NCBI GenBank assembly: GCA_964644035.1
Contig: CAZXUH010000001.1
Location: forward strand, 195,712 to 259,711
DNA from: an uncultured Candidatus Saccharibacteria bacterium
Lineage (GTDB): Bacteria > Patescibacteriota > Minisyncoccia > Phycocordibacterales > DAORIS01
Length of the DNA stretch: 64,000 nucleotides
Reading direction: 5' to 3'
The notes under the pieces are model-generated. The model was given only the letters and a program-made list of their open reading frames with translations. It was not told where the DNA came from and made no database searches. Below are positions 56,262-64,000 of this stretch, one piece after another; position 1 is the stretch's first letter; every line of letters begins with the position of its first letter. The position numbers and the translations under genes were made by a program.

Positions 56262-57971
56262 ATGAACCCAATGTTTTGTTCGGACTCAATTCCTAGTTTT
56301 CTAGGTTTTTTTGATATATCGATAGCCCCTCATTTACTTTTTTATACATATATTCCGACAATTGTTATCTCCTTATTCCTAGGTTTTTTTGTGTATTATA
56401 AAGACAACAAATCACTTCTTAGTAAGTTACTTTTTGGAATCTGCGCCTTCTTTACCTTATGGGTTCTAGATATTTTGATACTTTGGATTGCTGCCTATAA
56501 CGACGCAGTTATGTTTGGTTGGCAAATTACACCTATATTGGAAATTCCAATCTTTATTTTTGCTATCTATTTTACGCATGTAATTACTTCTAAGGATAGA
56601 GAGGATATCTCACCAAAATTGAAGCTTATACTTATCGCTATAATGTTTGCTGTTTTCACAGCACTACCAAGCTATTTCAACATTACTCACTACAACACCA
56701 CCAACTGCGAAGGAATACCAGGGCATTTTTGGGATTATATGTATATTGGTGAACTATTTGTAATCGCGTGGATAGCTGGGATATGTATCGGCAGATACAG
56801 AAAAGTGCCAAAGACCAACTCGTTTAGAAAACAAATTATATACGTAGGTATCGGTATTGTTTCTTTCACCATGTTGTTTGTCGGTTCAAATATTGCGGGA
56901 CAGATAACTGGGATTCAGGAAATTAGCTTTATTGGATCTTTGGGAATGGTGATATTCCTTGCATTTCTTGCATATCTTATCGTCCGCTATAGGACATTTA
57001 ATATAAAGTTGATTGCTACTCAAGCTCTTACGTTTGTCTCTGGAGCACTTATTGCATCTCAGTTCTTCTTTATCCAAAATCCCATCAACCACGTTCTCAA
57101 TTCGATTACACTGCTTATATTTATCATTGTAGGTATTTTCCTCGTCCGCAGTGTGAAGCGTGAAGTAGAACAAAGAGAAGAAATCGAAAAATTGGCAAGT
57201 AAACTCCAAGACGCAAACCAACACCTCGAAGATCTCAATGCCCAGAAGACTCAGTTCATTTCGTTGGCAACCCATCAAATCAGAGCTCCATTGGCAGCAA
57301 TCAAAGGCTACGGATCTCTTATTATGGAAGGTGACTATGGACCAGTTTCAGATGAAATCAAAGAGGCAGTACAAACAATGTATCTCTCAGCACACAGCCT
57401 CGTCGGTGTTGTAGGAGACTATCTCGACATATCAAGACTCGAACTCGGTAAAATGAAATACGATCTAGCAAAAGTTGAACTACGTTCAGTGATAGATCAA
57501 ATCGTCAAAGAACTCCAACCAAACCTTTCTGGCAAAGAATTGCAACTTGTTCTCGATAAGAATATTACCAACGATTCATTTGACGCAATACTCGATCTTG
57601 GTAAGGCAAAGCAAATCATTGGCAACCTTATCGACAATGCCATCAAATATACTGAAAGAGGTACGATCACTGTTGGAATCGAAAAAACATCAGCTGGAAA
57701 AATCAAAATTGCTATCAAAGATACTGGTGTCGGTATCAGTCCTGAAACAATGCCAAAACTCTTCAAGCGTTTCAGTAGGGCAGATGATGCACAGAATGTG
57801 AATACACTTGGTACTGGTCTCGGACTCTTCATCGTCAAGCAAATGACAGAAGCACAAAATGGAAAGGTCTGGGCTGAATCAGAAGGCAAAGGCAAAGGTT
57901 CGCAATTCTATATCGAATTTCCAACAGATAACAAGCCTGGTAGTGTCACACAAGAAGCGATTGGGGAGTAG
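56262..57971 (+). CDS. Membrane sensor histidine kinase (multi-TM N-terminus)
   Basis: ATHQIRAPL H-box, NLIDNAIKY, DTGVGI and GTGLGL motifs. Confidence 0.93.
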   Translation: MNPMFCSDSIPSFLGFFDISIAPHLLFYTYIPTIVISLFLGFFVYYKDNKSLLSKLLFGICAFFTLWVLDILILWIAAYNDAVMFGWQITPILEIPIFIFAIYFTHVITSKDREDISPKLKLILIAIMFAVFTALPSYFNITHYNTTNCEGIPGHFWDYMYIGELFVIAWIAGICIGRYRKVPKTNSFRKQIIYVGIGIVSFTMLFVGSNIAGQITGIQEISFIGSLGMVIFLAFLAYLIVRYRTFNIKLIATQALTFVSGALIASQFFFIQNPINHVLNSITLLIFIIVGIFLVRSVKREVEQREEIEKLASKLQDANQHLEDLNAQKTQFISLATHQIRAPLAAIKGYGSLIMEGDYGPVSDEIKEAVQTMYLSAHSLVGVVGDYLDISRLELGKMKYDLAKVELRSVIDQIVKELQPNLSGKELQLVLDKNITNDSFDAILDLGKAKQIIGNLIDNAIKYTERGTITVGIEKTSAGKIKIAIKDTGVGISPETMPKLFKRFSRADDAQNVNTLGTGLGLFIVKQMTEAQNGKVWAESEGKGKGSQFYIEFPTDNKPGSVTQEAIGE

Positions 57972-57995
57972 TAAACAACTCAATAGGTAAAGTAC

Positions 57996-58118
57996 ATGAT
58001 ACTTTTCTTAATCATCATCGGAATCATACTCTTAGTGGAGTTGGTTTCTTTTTCATGGTTCTTCCTTATGATGTATTGGGATATTGATATAAAACCGCAA
58101 TCCCTCAAAAATAAGTAA
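57996..58118 (+). CDS. Putative small single-TM protein (40 aa)
   Basis: MILFLIIIGIILLVELVSFSWFFLMMYWDIDIKPQSLKNK*. Confidence 0.5.
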   Translation: MILFLIIIGIILLVELVSFSWFFLMMYWDIDIKPQSLKNK

Positions 58119-58206
58119 ATTATTATTTGACACCACTCATTTTTCGTGATAGGAAGAGTGCTGTTGTTTTGGTCTTTTATATAGGTTTTTCACACGGAGG
58201 TGCATT

Positions 58207-58698
58207 ATGCACAGATCCAACACTCGCGACTGCATAGACGCGAATATCGTCAAAAGGGCAATGGAGATTGCTGTACTGGTCAGCAACTGGTTCATCATCA
58301 AATATGGTGAACGCAGGGAACAGACCGTTCACAATTCCTACCTAGAAACGAAAATGGGCAGCAATGGCCGCGCACACTTCAAGTTCGGCCTCGAGCAGCT
58401 CTTCCGCATGATCAGCGCCGATGAATACCAGTGCTTCATCAAGCATTTACGTCGAGAATACGGCGAGCAGGTCAGCATGCCTCAGTACGGCAACGAGATC
58501 AAGTTGCCGACCGAAGGTAATACTGAAATCTTTCCTGAGGATGTGGAAGTGCCAGTCTGTAAATTCTTCGATCTGCTTCTGGAAGCACTTATTGAGTGCT
58601 CAGAGCAGATAGAAACCGACCCGCTTCGCATCGATACTGAAGCGGTCAGAAACCATGAACGTCTTCGCGCTCAAGCACGTCTCCCTGTCGGTGCCTGA
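58207..58698 (+). CDS. Hypothetical protein (stand-alone cassette)
   Basis: SD GGAGG, GC-richer codons, terminator GGACCCCAGC-CTTTCAA-GCTGGGGTCC-T4. Confidence 0.75.
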   Translation: MHRSNTRDCIDANIVKRAMEIAVLVSNWFIIKYGERREQTVHNSYLETKMGSNGRAHFKFGLEQLFRMISADEYQCFIKHLRREYGEQVSMPQYGNEIKLPTEGNTEIFPEDVEVPVCKFFDLLLEALIECSEQIETDPLRIDTEAVRNHERLRAQARLPVGA

Positions 58699-58812
58699 AC
58701 TGATATACTGCCGTGACTTGGACCGTCCGGTAGTTACGTGGACCCCAGCCTTTCAAGCTGGGGTCCTTTTTATTTGGAAAATAGCCCTTATTTCTGCTAC
58801 TATGTCTATATT

Positions 58813-60216
58813 ATGGAAAGAACATATATCGGCGACCTCGGCTCTCAGGTGGGCAATGAAGTGACAATCAAAGGCTGGGTTGATGTCCGACGTGATCAAG
58901 GCAAACTGATCTTTCTCGATCTACGAGATATGAGTGGGTATGTGCAAGGAGTTATTTTACCCAATGCTAAAGATGCTCATGAAGTAGGGAATAAACTTCG
59001 CGCTGAATGGGTTGTGGAGATCAAAGGTAAGATCAATAAGCGCCCAGAGAAAAATATTCAAAAGGAAAAACAAAACGGCGACATTGAAGTTGAGATTTTA
59101 GGTATTACGGTCCTCAATGAATCTGACACTCCTGTTTTTGATATTCAAAACGACGGTAGAGAGATCGGTGAAGAAGTACGCATGAAGTATCGTTATCTCG
59201 ATTTGCGCCGTCCTCGTATGCAAAAGAACGTCCGTAATAGACACAAAGTTATTAAATACATTCGTGATTGGCTAGATAAAGAAAAATTTATAGAAGTAGA
59301 AACACCAATCCTTACCAAATCTACTCCAGAAGGAGCGAGGGATTATTTGGTAGCTTCACGCCTTGAGAAAGGTAAGTTTTACGCATTGCCGCAGTCTCCT
59401 CAGCAGTATAAACAGCTTCTGATGTCTTCTGGTGTAGAAAAATATTTCCAGATTGCAAAATGTATGCGAGATGAAGACTTAAGAGGCGACAGACAGCCTG
59501 AATTTACTCAAGTCGACATGGAATTGAGCTTTGTTGAAAGAGAAGATGTCATGGCACTCAACGAAAAGTTGATTATTGATATCGTAAAAACCCTCTATCC
59601 TGAAAAAGAAATTCAAGAAATTCCTTTTCCAAAAATTTCATACAAAGATGCTATGGAGAAATATGGTAATGACCGACCAGATATGAGAAAAGATAAAGAC
59701 AATCCAAATCTTCTCGCATTTTGCTGGGTGATTGATTTTCCATTCTTCGAAAAGACAAAGGATGGCAAGTGGACATTTACACACAATCCTTTCTCGGCTG
59801 CAAAACCAGAACACCGCCAATGGCTCTCTAAAAAAGAAAATATTGCTGATATCCTGACTTCGCAATACGACGTTGCTCTCAACGGTTTTGAAATCGGTGG
59901 TGGAAGTATTCGCAACCATCAACCAGAAGCGCTTAAGAAAGTATTCGAAATCATGGGCTATGACGCAGATGTAATAGAGAAGAACTTCGGTCACATGCTC
60001 AAGGCCTTCACACTCGGTACACCACCACATGGAGGTATTGCGTGGGGACTCGATCGATTTGTCATGCTTTTACAAAACGAACCAAATATTCGTGAAGTAA
60101 TCGCATTCCCAAAGACTGGTGAAGGCAAAGATTTGATGATGGATGCACCTTCTGGAGTAACCTTTGAACAATTGTCAGAGCTTGGTCTTACTATTGAGCC
60201 TGATGTAATAAGTTAA
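58813..60216 (+). CDS. aspS: Aspartate--tRNA ligase (lacks GAD insertion)
   Basis: YRYLDLRR, STPEGARDY, ALPQSPQ, DRQPEFTQ and PPHGGIAWGLDR motifs. Confidence 0.97.
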   Translation: MERTYIGDLGSQVGNEVTIKGWVDVRRDQGKLIFLDLRDMSGYVQGVILPNAKDAHEVGNKLRAEWVVEIKGKINKRPEKNIQKEKQNGDIEVEILGITVLNESDTPVFDIQNDGREIGEEVRMKYRYLDLRRPRMQKNVRNRHKVIKYIRDWLDKEKFIEVETPILTKSTPEGARDYLVASRLEKGKFYALPQSPQQYKQLLMSSGVEKYFQIAKCMRDEDLRGDRQPEFTQVDMELSFVEREDVMALNEKLIIDIVKTLYPEKEIQEIPFPKISYKDAMEKYGNDRPDMRKDKDNPNLLAFCWVIDFPFFEKTKDGKWTFTHNPFSAAKPEHRQWLSKKENIADILTSQYDVALNGFEIGGGSIRNHQPEALKKVFEIMGYDADVIEKNFGHMLKAFTLGTPPHGGIAWGLDRFVMLLQNEPNIREVIAFPKTGEGKDLMMDAPSGVTFEQLSELGLTIEPDVIS

Positions 60217-60217
60217 T

Positions 60218-61231
60218 ATGAAAAAAGAACACAAAAACACCATTCTCACTGGCGATCGACCTACTGGTAAGTTGCATTTGGGACATTATGTCGGTTCGAT
60301 TTTAAACAGAGTCAAACTTCAAGATGAGCACGCTGGCAATTCTTTTTACATGGTTGCCGATATGCAAGCTCTTACAGACAATGCTGATGATCCAGAAAAA
60401 GTCCGCGACAATATGCTTGAGGTAGTGCTAGATAATCTTGCCTGCGGTCTCGATCCAAAAAAGACCACTATTTTTGTACAATCCGGCATACCAGAACGTT
60501 CAGAACTTTCTCTGTTCTTTTTAAACCTCGTCACTCTTGCCCGTCTCAAGCGCAATCCAACCGTCAAAAGCGAAATGAAGCAAAAAGGCTACGAAGAAGA
60601 CGTGCCAGCAGGTTTTCTTGCGTATCCAGTAGATCAGGCTGCAGATATTCTTTTCTGCAAAGGCAATATCGTACCAGTCGGAGAAGATCAGTTGCCAGTG
60701 ATAGAGCAGTGCAATGAGATAGGCGAGAAGTTCAATAAACTCTACGGAGAAGTCTTTCCTAAAATAAAACCATTGGTAGGTACGCACGCTCGTCTTGTCG
60801 GTATCGATGGCAATGCAAAAATGAGTAAGTCACTTGGCAATACGATTTATATTTCTGCTACTGACAAAGAAATAGAAGAGAAGGTCAATCAAATGTACAC
60901 CGATCCAGGACATATCAAAGCCAGTGATCCAGGCAAGGTAGAAGGCAATGTTGTGTTTGCATATCTCGATATTTTCGATCCAAACAAAACAGAAGTAGCT
61001 GATCTCAAGAAACAATACGAAAAAGGCGGACTAGGTGATGTTGTACTCAAGAAGCGACTAACACAGATTCTTATTGATCTCGTTACTCCTATTAGAACTC
61101 GAAGAGAAACATTGGCCAAAGATAAAGATGCAATACTAGCAATAGTGAAAGAAGGAACAGAAAAAGCCAGAAAAGTTGCTATTGAAACGCTTGAAGAGGC
61201 AAAGAAGGCAATGAAGATTGATTATTTTTAG
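60218..61231 (+). CDS. trpS: Tryptophan--tRNA ligase
   Basis: TGDRPTGKLHLGHYVG, VPVGEDQ and KMSKS motifs. Confidence 0.97.
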   Translation: MKKEHKNTILTGDRPTGKLHLGHYVGSILNRVKLQDEHAGNSFYMVADMQALTDNADDPEKVRDNMLEVVLDNLACGLDPKKTTIFVQSGIPERSELSLFFLNLVTLARLKRNPTVKSEMKQKGYEEDVPAGFLAYPVDQAADILFCKGNIVPVGEDQLPVIEQCNEIGEKFNKLYGEVFPKIKPLVGTHARLVGIDGNAKMSKSLGNTIYISATDKEIEEKVNQMYTDPGHIKASDPGKVEGNVVFAYLDIFDPNKTEVADLKKQYEKGGLGDVVLKKRLTQILIDLVTPIRTRRETLAKDKDAILAIVKEGTEKARKVAIETLEEAKKAMKIDYF

Positions 61232-61243
61232 GAGGGAATAAAG

Positions 61244-61987
61244 ATGACAACTCACGCACACAATAAATTCCACGTCAAAACTACATCATATGAAGGACCA
61301 CTCGAGCTCCTGCTTGATCTTATAGAAAAGCGCAAACTGTTTATCAATGAAATATCTTTGGCAGCCATTGCCGACGATTTTATTGGTTTTATAGAAAACC
61401 ATCAAGAATTCCCATTAGATCAAAGTTCAGAATTTATCCTTGTTGCATCGACATTGCTACTTATCAAATCTCGTTCTTTGTTACCAAACCTCAGTTTGAC
61501 TCCAGACGAAGAGAAAAGTATAGGAGAGCTCGAAATGCGCTTGGCACATTACAAACGCATCAAGGAGCTTTCTGGGCACGTTCAGGGCCTGTTTGGGTCA
61601 TATATAATGTTCTTAAAGAATGAAACGGAGCAAAACATAAAAGTATTTGTACCAGACAAAGACACTTCGATTATTCAGATGGCAGCGTCCATGAAAGATA
61701 TTCTTTCGAGAATGATGAAGACCGAGAAGCTTCCAGAAGTAGCGGTACGTAAAATTATTTCTCTCGAAGAAGCGATCGATAAGCTCGTCGATAGAGTGCA
61801 GAAAAGTATTACCATGAGTTTCAAAAATTTTGCTTCAGTTGGCCAAGCCGAGAAGGTGGATATTATTGTCAGTTTCTTGGCTATGCTTGAGCTTGTGAAG
61901 CGAGGGGTTATAATGGCCAAGCAAGATATGCATTTTGCTGATATAGAATTGCACAAGGAGGAGGTGGGTGTGCCAAGTTATACATAG
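61244..61987 (+). CDS. scpA: Segregation/condensation protein A
   Basis: EGPLELLLDLI, IKSRSLLP and FLAMLELVK motifs. Confidence 0.93.
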   Translation: MTTHAHNKFHVKTTSYEGPLELLLDLIEKRKLFINEISLAAIADDFIGFIENHQEFPLDQSSEFILVASTLLLIKSRSLLPNLSLTPDEEKSIGELEMRLAHYKRIKELSGHVQGLFGSYIMFLKNETEQNIKVFVPDKDTSIIQMAASMKDILSRMMKTEKLPEVAVRKIISLEEAIDKLVDRVQKSITMSFKNFASVGQAEKVDIIVSFLAMLELVKRGVIMAKQDMHFADIELHKEEVGVPSYT

Positions 61988-62005
61988 AGATTATAAACCC
62001 CACCC

Positions 62006-62053
62006 AACCACCCCGGCCTAACGGCCACCCCTCCTCTTTCGAGGAGGGGAATA
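62006..62053. repeat. GC-rich double-hairpin REP-like element
   Basis: ACCACCCC-GGCC-TAAC-GGCC-A-CCCCTCCTC-TTTC-GAGGAGGGG between scpA and scpB; single copy in this window. Confidence 0.55.
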
Positions 62054-62065
62054 AAGAAACAAATT

Positions 62066-62665
62066 ATGAATCCTGAACCACAAACAAATAATATCTCTCT
62101 CGATGCGCAGATCGAAAGTTTTTTGTTTTGGAAAGGTGAAGCAGTATCGATAAAAGAAATTGCAAAAGTATTTGAAAAAAGCACAGAAGAAATCAAACAA
62201 GCGCTAGACGAGCTTTCAGAGAAACTTATAGGAAGGGGAATTGCTCTCATACGAACAGAAGAACAAGTAGAACTCCGCACTGCTCCAGCAATCAGCGCTC
62301 TTATTGAGAAACTGACCAAAGAAGAGCTCGACAAAGATCTAGGTAAGGCTGGTTTGGAAACATTGTCGGTGATTTTGTACGAAGGACCAATCGCTCGCCG
62401 AGATATTGATTTTATTCGAGGAGTCAATTCGCAATTTATCGTTCGCAGTCTTATGGTCCGCGGGCTTGTTGAGAGAGTTCAGGACGGCAGGACATTTACC
62501 TACAAACCCACTACCGAACTACTCGCGCATTTGGGAGTGACATCGGTTCAAGATTTACCTGAATTTGCTTCATACAGGGAAGAATTGGTAAAATTCAGAG
62601 CCAATGCAAATCAGACAGACCAGGCAACAGAACAAACAACACCTTCATCAGACTCACAATCTTAA
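62066..62665 (+). CDS. scpB: Segregation/condensation protein B
   Basis: LETLSVILYEGPIARRDIDFIRGVNS and L..RGLV motifs. Confidence 0.93.
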   Translation: MNPEPQTNNISLDAQIESFLFWKGEAVSIKEIAKVFEKSTEEIKQALDELSEKLIGRGIALIRTEEQVELRTAPAISALIEKLTKEELDKDLGKAGLETLSVILYEGPIARRDIDFIRGVNSQFIVRSLMVRGLVERVQDGRTFTYKPTTELLAHLGVTSVQDLPEFASYREELVKFRANANQTDQATEQTTPSSDSQS

Positions 62666-62698
62666 ACGTTGCTTACCATTTTCTAATATTCTGATTTC

Positions 62699-63634
62699 AT
62701 GAAGCAACTCATACCCAAAACACTATCAGATATATTACTTGTCGCTGTTTTGATCGGCGTACCAAGTGTTACTCTGGTATCATCGCTCTTTATATATGAT
62801 TTTTCAAAACCAGATGGAACGCTCGCTGTAGCAACAAGCACAGCACAAACAAATCCTTTTGACGAAGTTACTGTTAGTGCTAAAGCAGCCATTGTCTATG
62901 ACATGACAACAGGGGAAGTGCTCTATGCCAAGAACGCTACCAAGCCACTACCTTTGGCTTCTATTACCAAAATCATGACAAGCTTAGTTGCTCTTCAAGA
63001 AGCATCGGGCAATACCGAGCTGGCAGTCAATGATGAAGCGCTTGCAGAAGAAGGTGATAGCGGGCTTCTAAGAGGTGAGCGATGGAATCTGCTCGATCTT
63101 ATCGAATTTACACTGGTGTCTTCGTCCAATGACGGCGCACGTGCAGTAGCTTCGGCAGTGCAAGCTGTACGACCAGGAAAATCGTTTGTTACTCGCATGA
63201 ATGAAGAGGCGAGAGAGCTAGGTTTGACCTCAATGCGTTTTGAAAATCCAACTGGGCTCGATGTCAACCAATCAGAAGCTGGAGCATATGGATCGGCGCA
63301 GGATGTGGCCAAACTTTTCTCATTTGCCATGACCAATCATCCAGAAATATTTGAGGCAACCAAAAATGACAAGGTTTCTATATCGAGCGATATGGGTAGT
63401 CATTATGCAGAGAACACCAATGTCGTTGCCGACGCCATACCTGGCCTCATAGGCTCCAAAACAGGCTATAGCGACCTTGCAGGTGGCAACCTCGCCGTAA
63501 TTATCAATGTCGGCATTGATCGTCCTGTAGTCATTGTAGCCCTTGCTTCATCATATGACGGCCGCTTCAACGATATTATAAAATTGGCCGGCACAACATT
63601 TGCCTATACTGCGTATAGCTCTTTGGAAAAATAG
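62699..63634 (+). CDS. dacA: D-alanyl-D-alanine carboxypeptidase (peptidase S11)
   Basis: ASITK (SxxK), SSN and KTG motifs, plus NPTGLD. Confidence 0.88.
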   Translation: MKQLIPKTLSDILLVAVLIGVPSVTLVSSLFIYDFSKPDGTLAVATSTAQTNPFDEVTVSAKAAIVYDMTTGEVLYAKNATKPLPLASITKIMTSLVALQEASGNTELAVNDEALAEEGDSGLLRGERWNLLDLIEFTLVSSSNDGARAVASAVQAVRPGKSFVTRMNEEARELGLTSMRFENPTGLDVNQSEAGAYGSAQDVAKLFSFAMTNHPEIFEATKNDKVSISSDMGSHYAENTNVVADAIPGLIGSKTGYSDLAGGNLAVIINVGIDRPVVIVALASSYDGRFNDIIKLAGTTFAYTAYSSLEK

Positions 63635-63657
63635 ACAATACGCCGTATAATCTGTAC

Positions 63658-64000
63658 ATGATTATCGATGTCGTTAAAGTTTTTCTGCCCTCAGTCCTAT
63701 CCTTCATAGTCGGCATAGCGATCACACCCCTCTGGACCTATTATCTGTACAAATACAAACTCTGGAAAAAAGTTGGCGGCAAAAAAGCCCTCGACGGTAC
63801 AACTGCAACTGTTTTCAACTCTCTTCACACTGAAAAAGAAACTGGTACACCTCGCATGGGTGGAGTTATTGCTTGGGCGAGCGTGTGTATTGTCGTGGCA
63901 TTGCTCTGGACTTTGCCATACATTTTTAAAATAGATGCATTTATAAAACTCGACCTTGTCAGTCGCAACCAGACATGGATACCGCTCGTAACATTGCTCT
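63658..64000 (+). CDS. mraY: Phospho-N-acetylmuramoyl-pentapeptide transferase (3'-truncated by the window edge)
   Basis: ATG 6 nt after TATAAT; TM, then H..KE.GTPRMGG motif; open to the window end. Confidence 0.85.
   Translation, partial: MIIDVVKVFLPSVLSFIVGIAITPLWTYYLYKYKLWKKVGGKKALDGTTATVFNSLHTEKETGTPRMGGVIAWASVCIVVALLWTLPYIFKIDAFIKLDLVSRNQTWIPLVTLL

Noticed and set aside
476-63336. Numerous short antisense or overlapping ORFs within conserved genes
   Set aside because: Shadow ORFs with no motifs, start signals or independent support.
1-64000. Genome-wide genetic code 25 (TGA=Gly)
   Set aside because: Long conserved genes are uninterrupted under code 11 and several genes end at TGA; only one in-frame TGA was found.

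Overview
This window looks like a streamlined Patescibacteria/CPR (Parcubacteria-like) chromosome segment using genetic code 11; the taxonomy is inferred from gene content and protein style. Housekeeping genes include uvrA, uvrC, ddl, tRNA-Ala(TGC), a glycogen/alpha-glucan cluster (glgA, GH57, GT4, GT2, GH13, ROK kinase), ychF, leuS, mltG, mnmA, udg, alaS, the infA-rpmJ-rpsM-rpsK-rpsD-rpoA-rplQ-rplM-rpsI block, grpE-dnaK-dnaJ, lysS, gmd/fcl, aspS, trpS, scpAB, dacA and a partial mraY. Many have their own promoter, a leaderless or very short leader, and no SD. Self-contained promoter-SD-ORF-terminator cassettes are interspersed among them. The most striking unexplained structure lies between ychF and leuS (18.5-22.2 kb): six co-oriented minus-strand units, each a sigma70 promoter, an 85-250 nt mostly ORF-less RNA and an intrinsic terminator. 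They are interleaved with orphan ORFs (one resembles a DGR C-type-lectin target), a recurring ~35-60 bp linker and duplicated terminators. Other notable signals: a 31-bp REP-like hairpin with covarying stems, inserted in frame in ychF and leuS and at the tRNA-Ala 3' end; a putative RNase-toxin gene overlapped by an antisense RNA; a G3:U70 tRNA-like element next to alaS; an apparently mosaic leuS; an AdoMetDC-like gene beside a PurD-like ATP-grasp gene; and several unannotated micro-ORFs. All calls were made by eye and no database searches were run.
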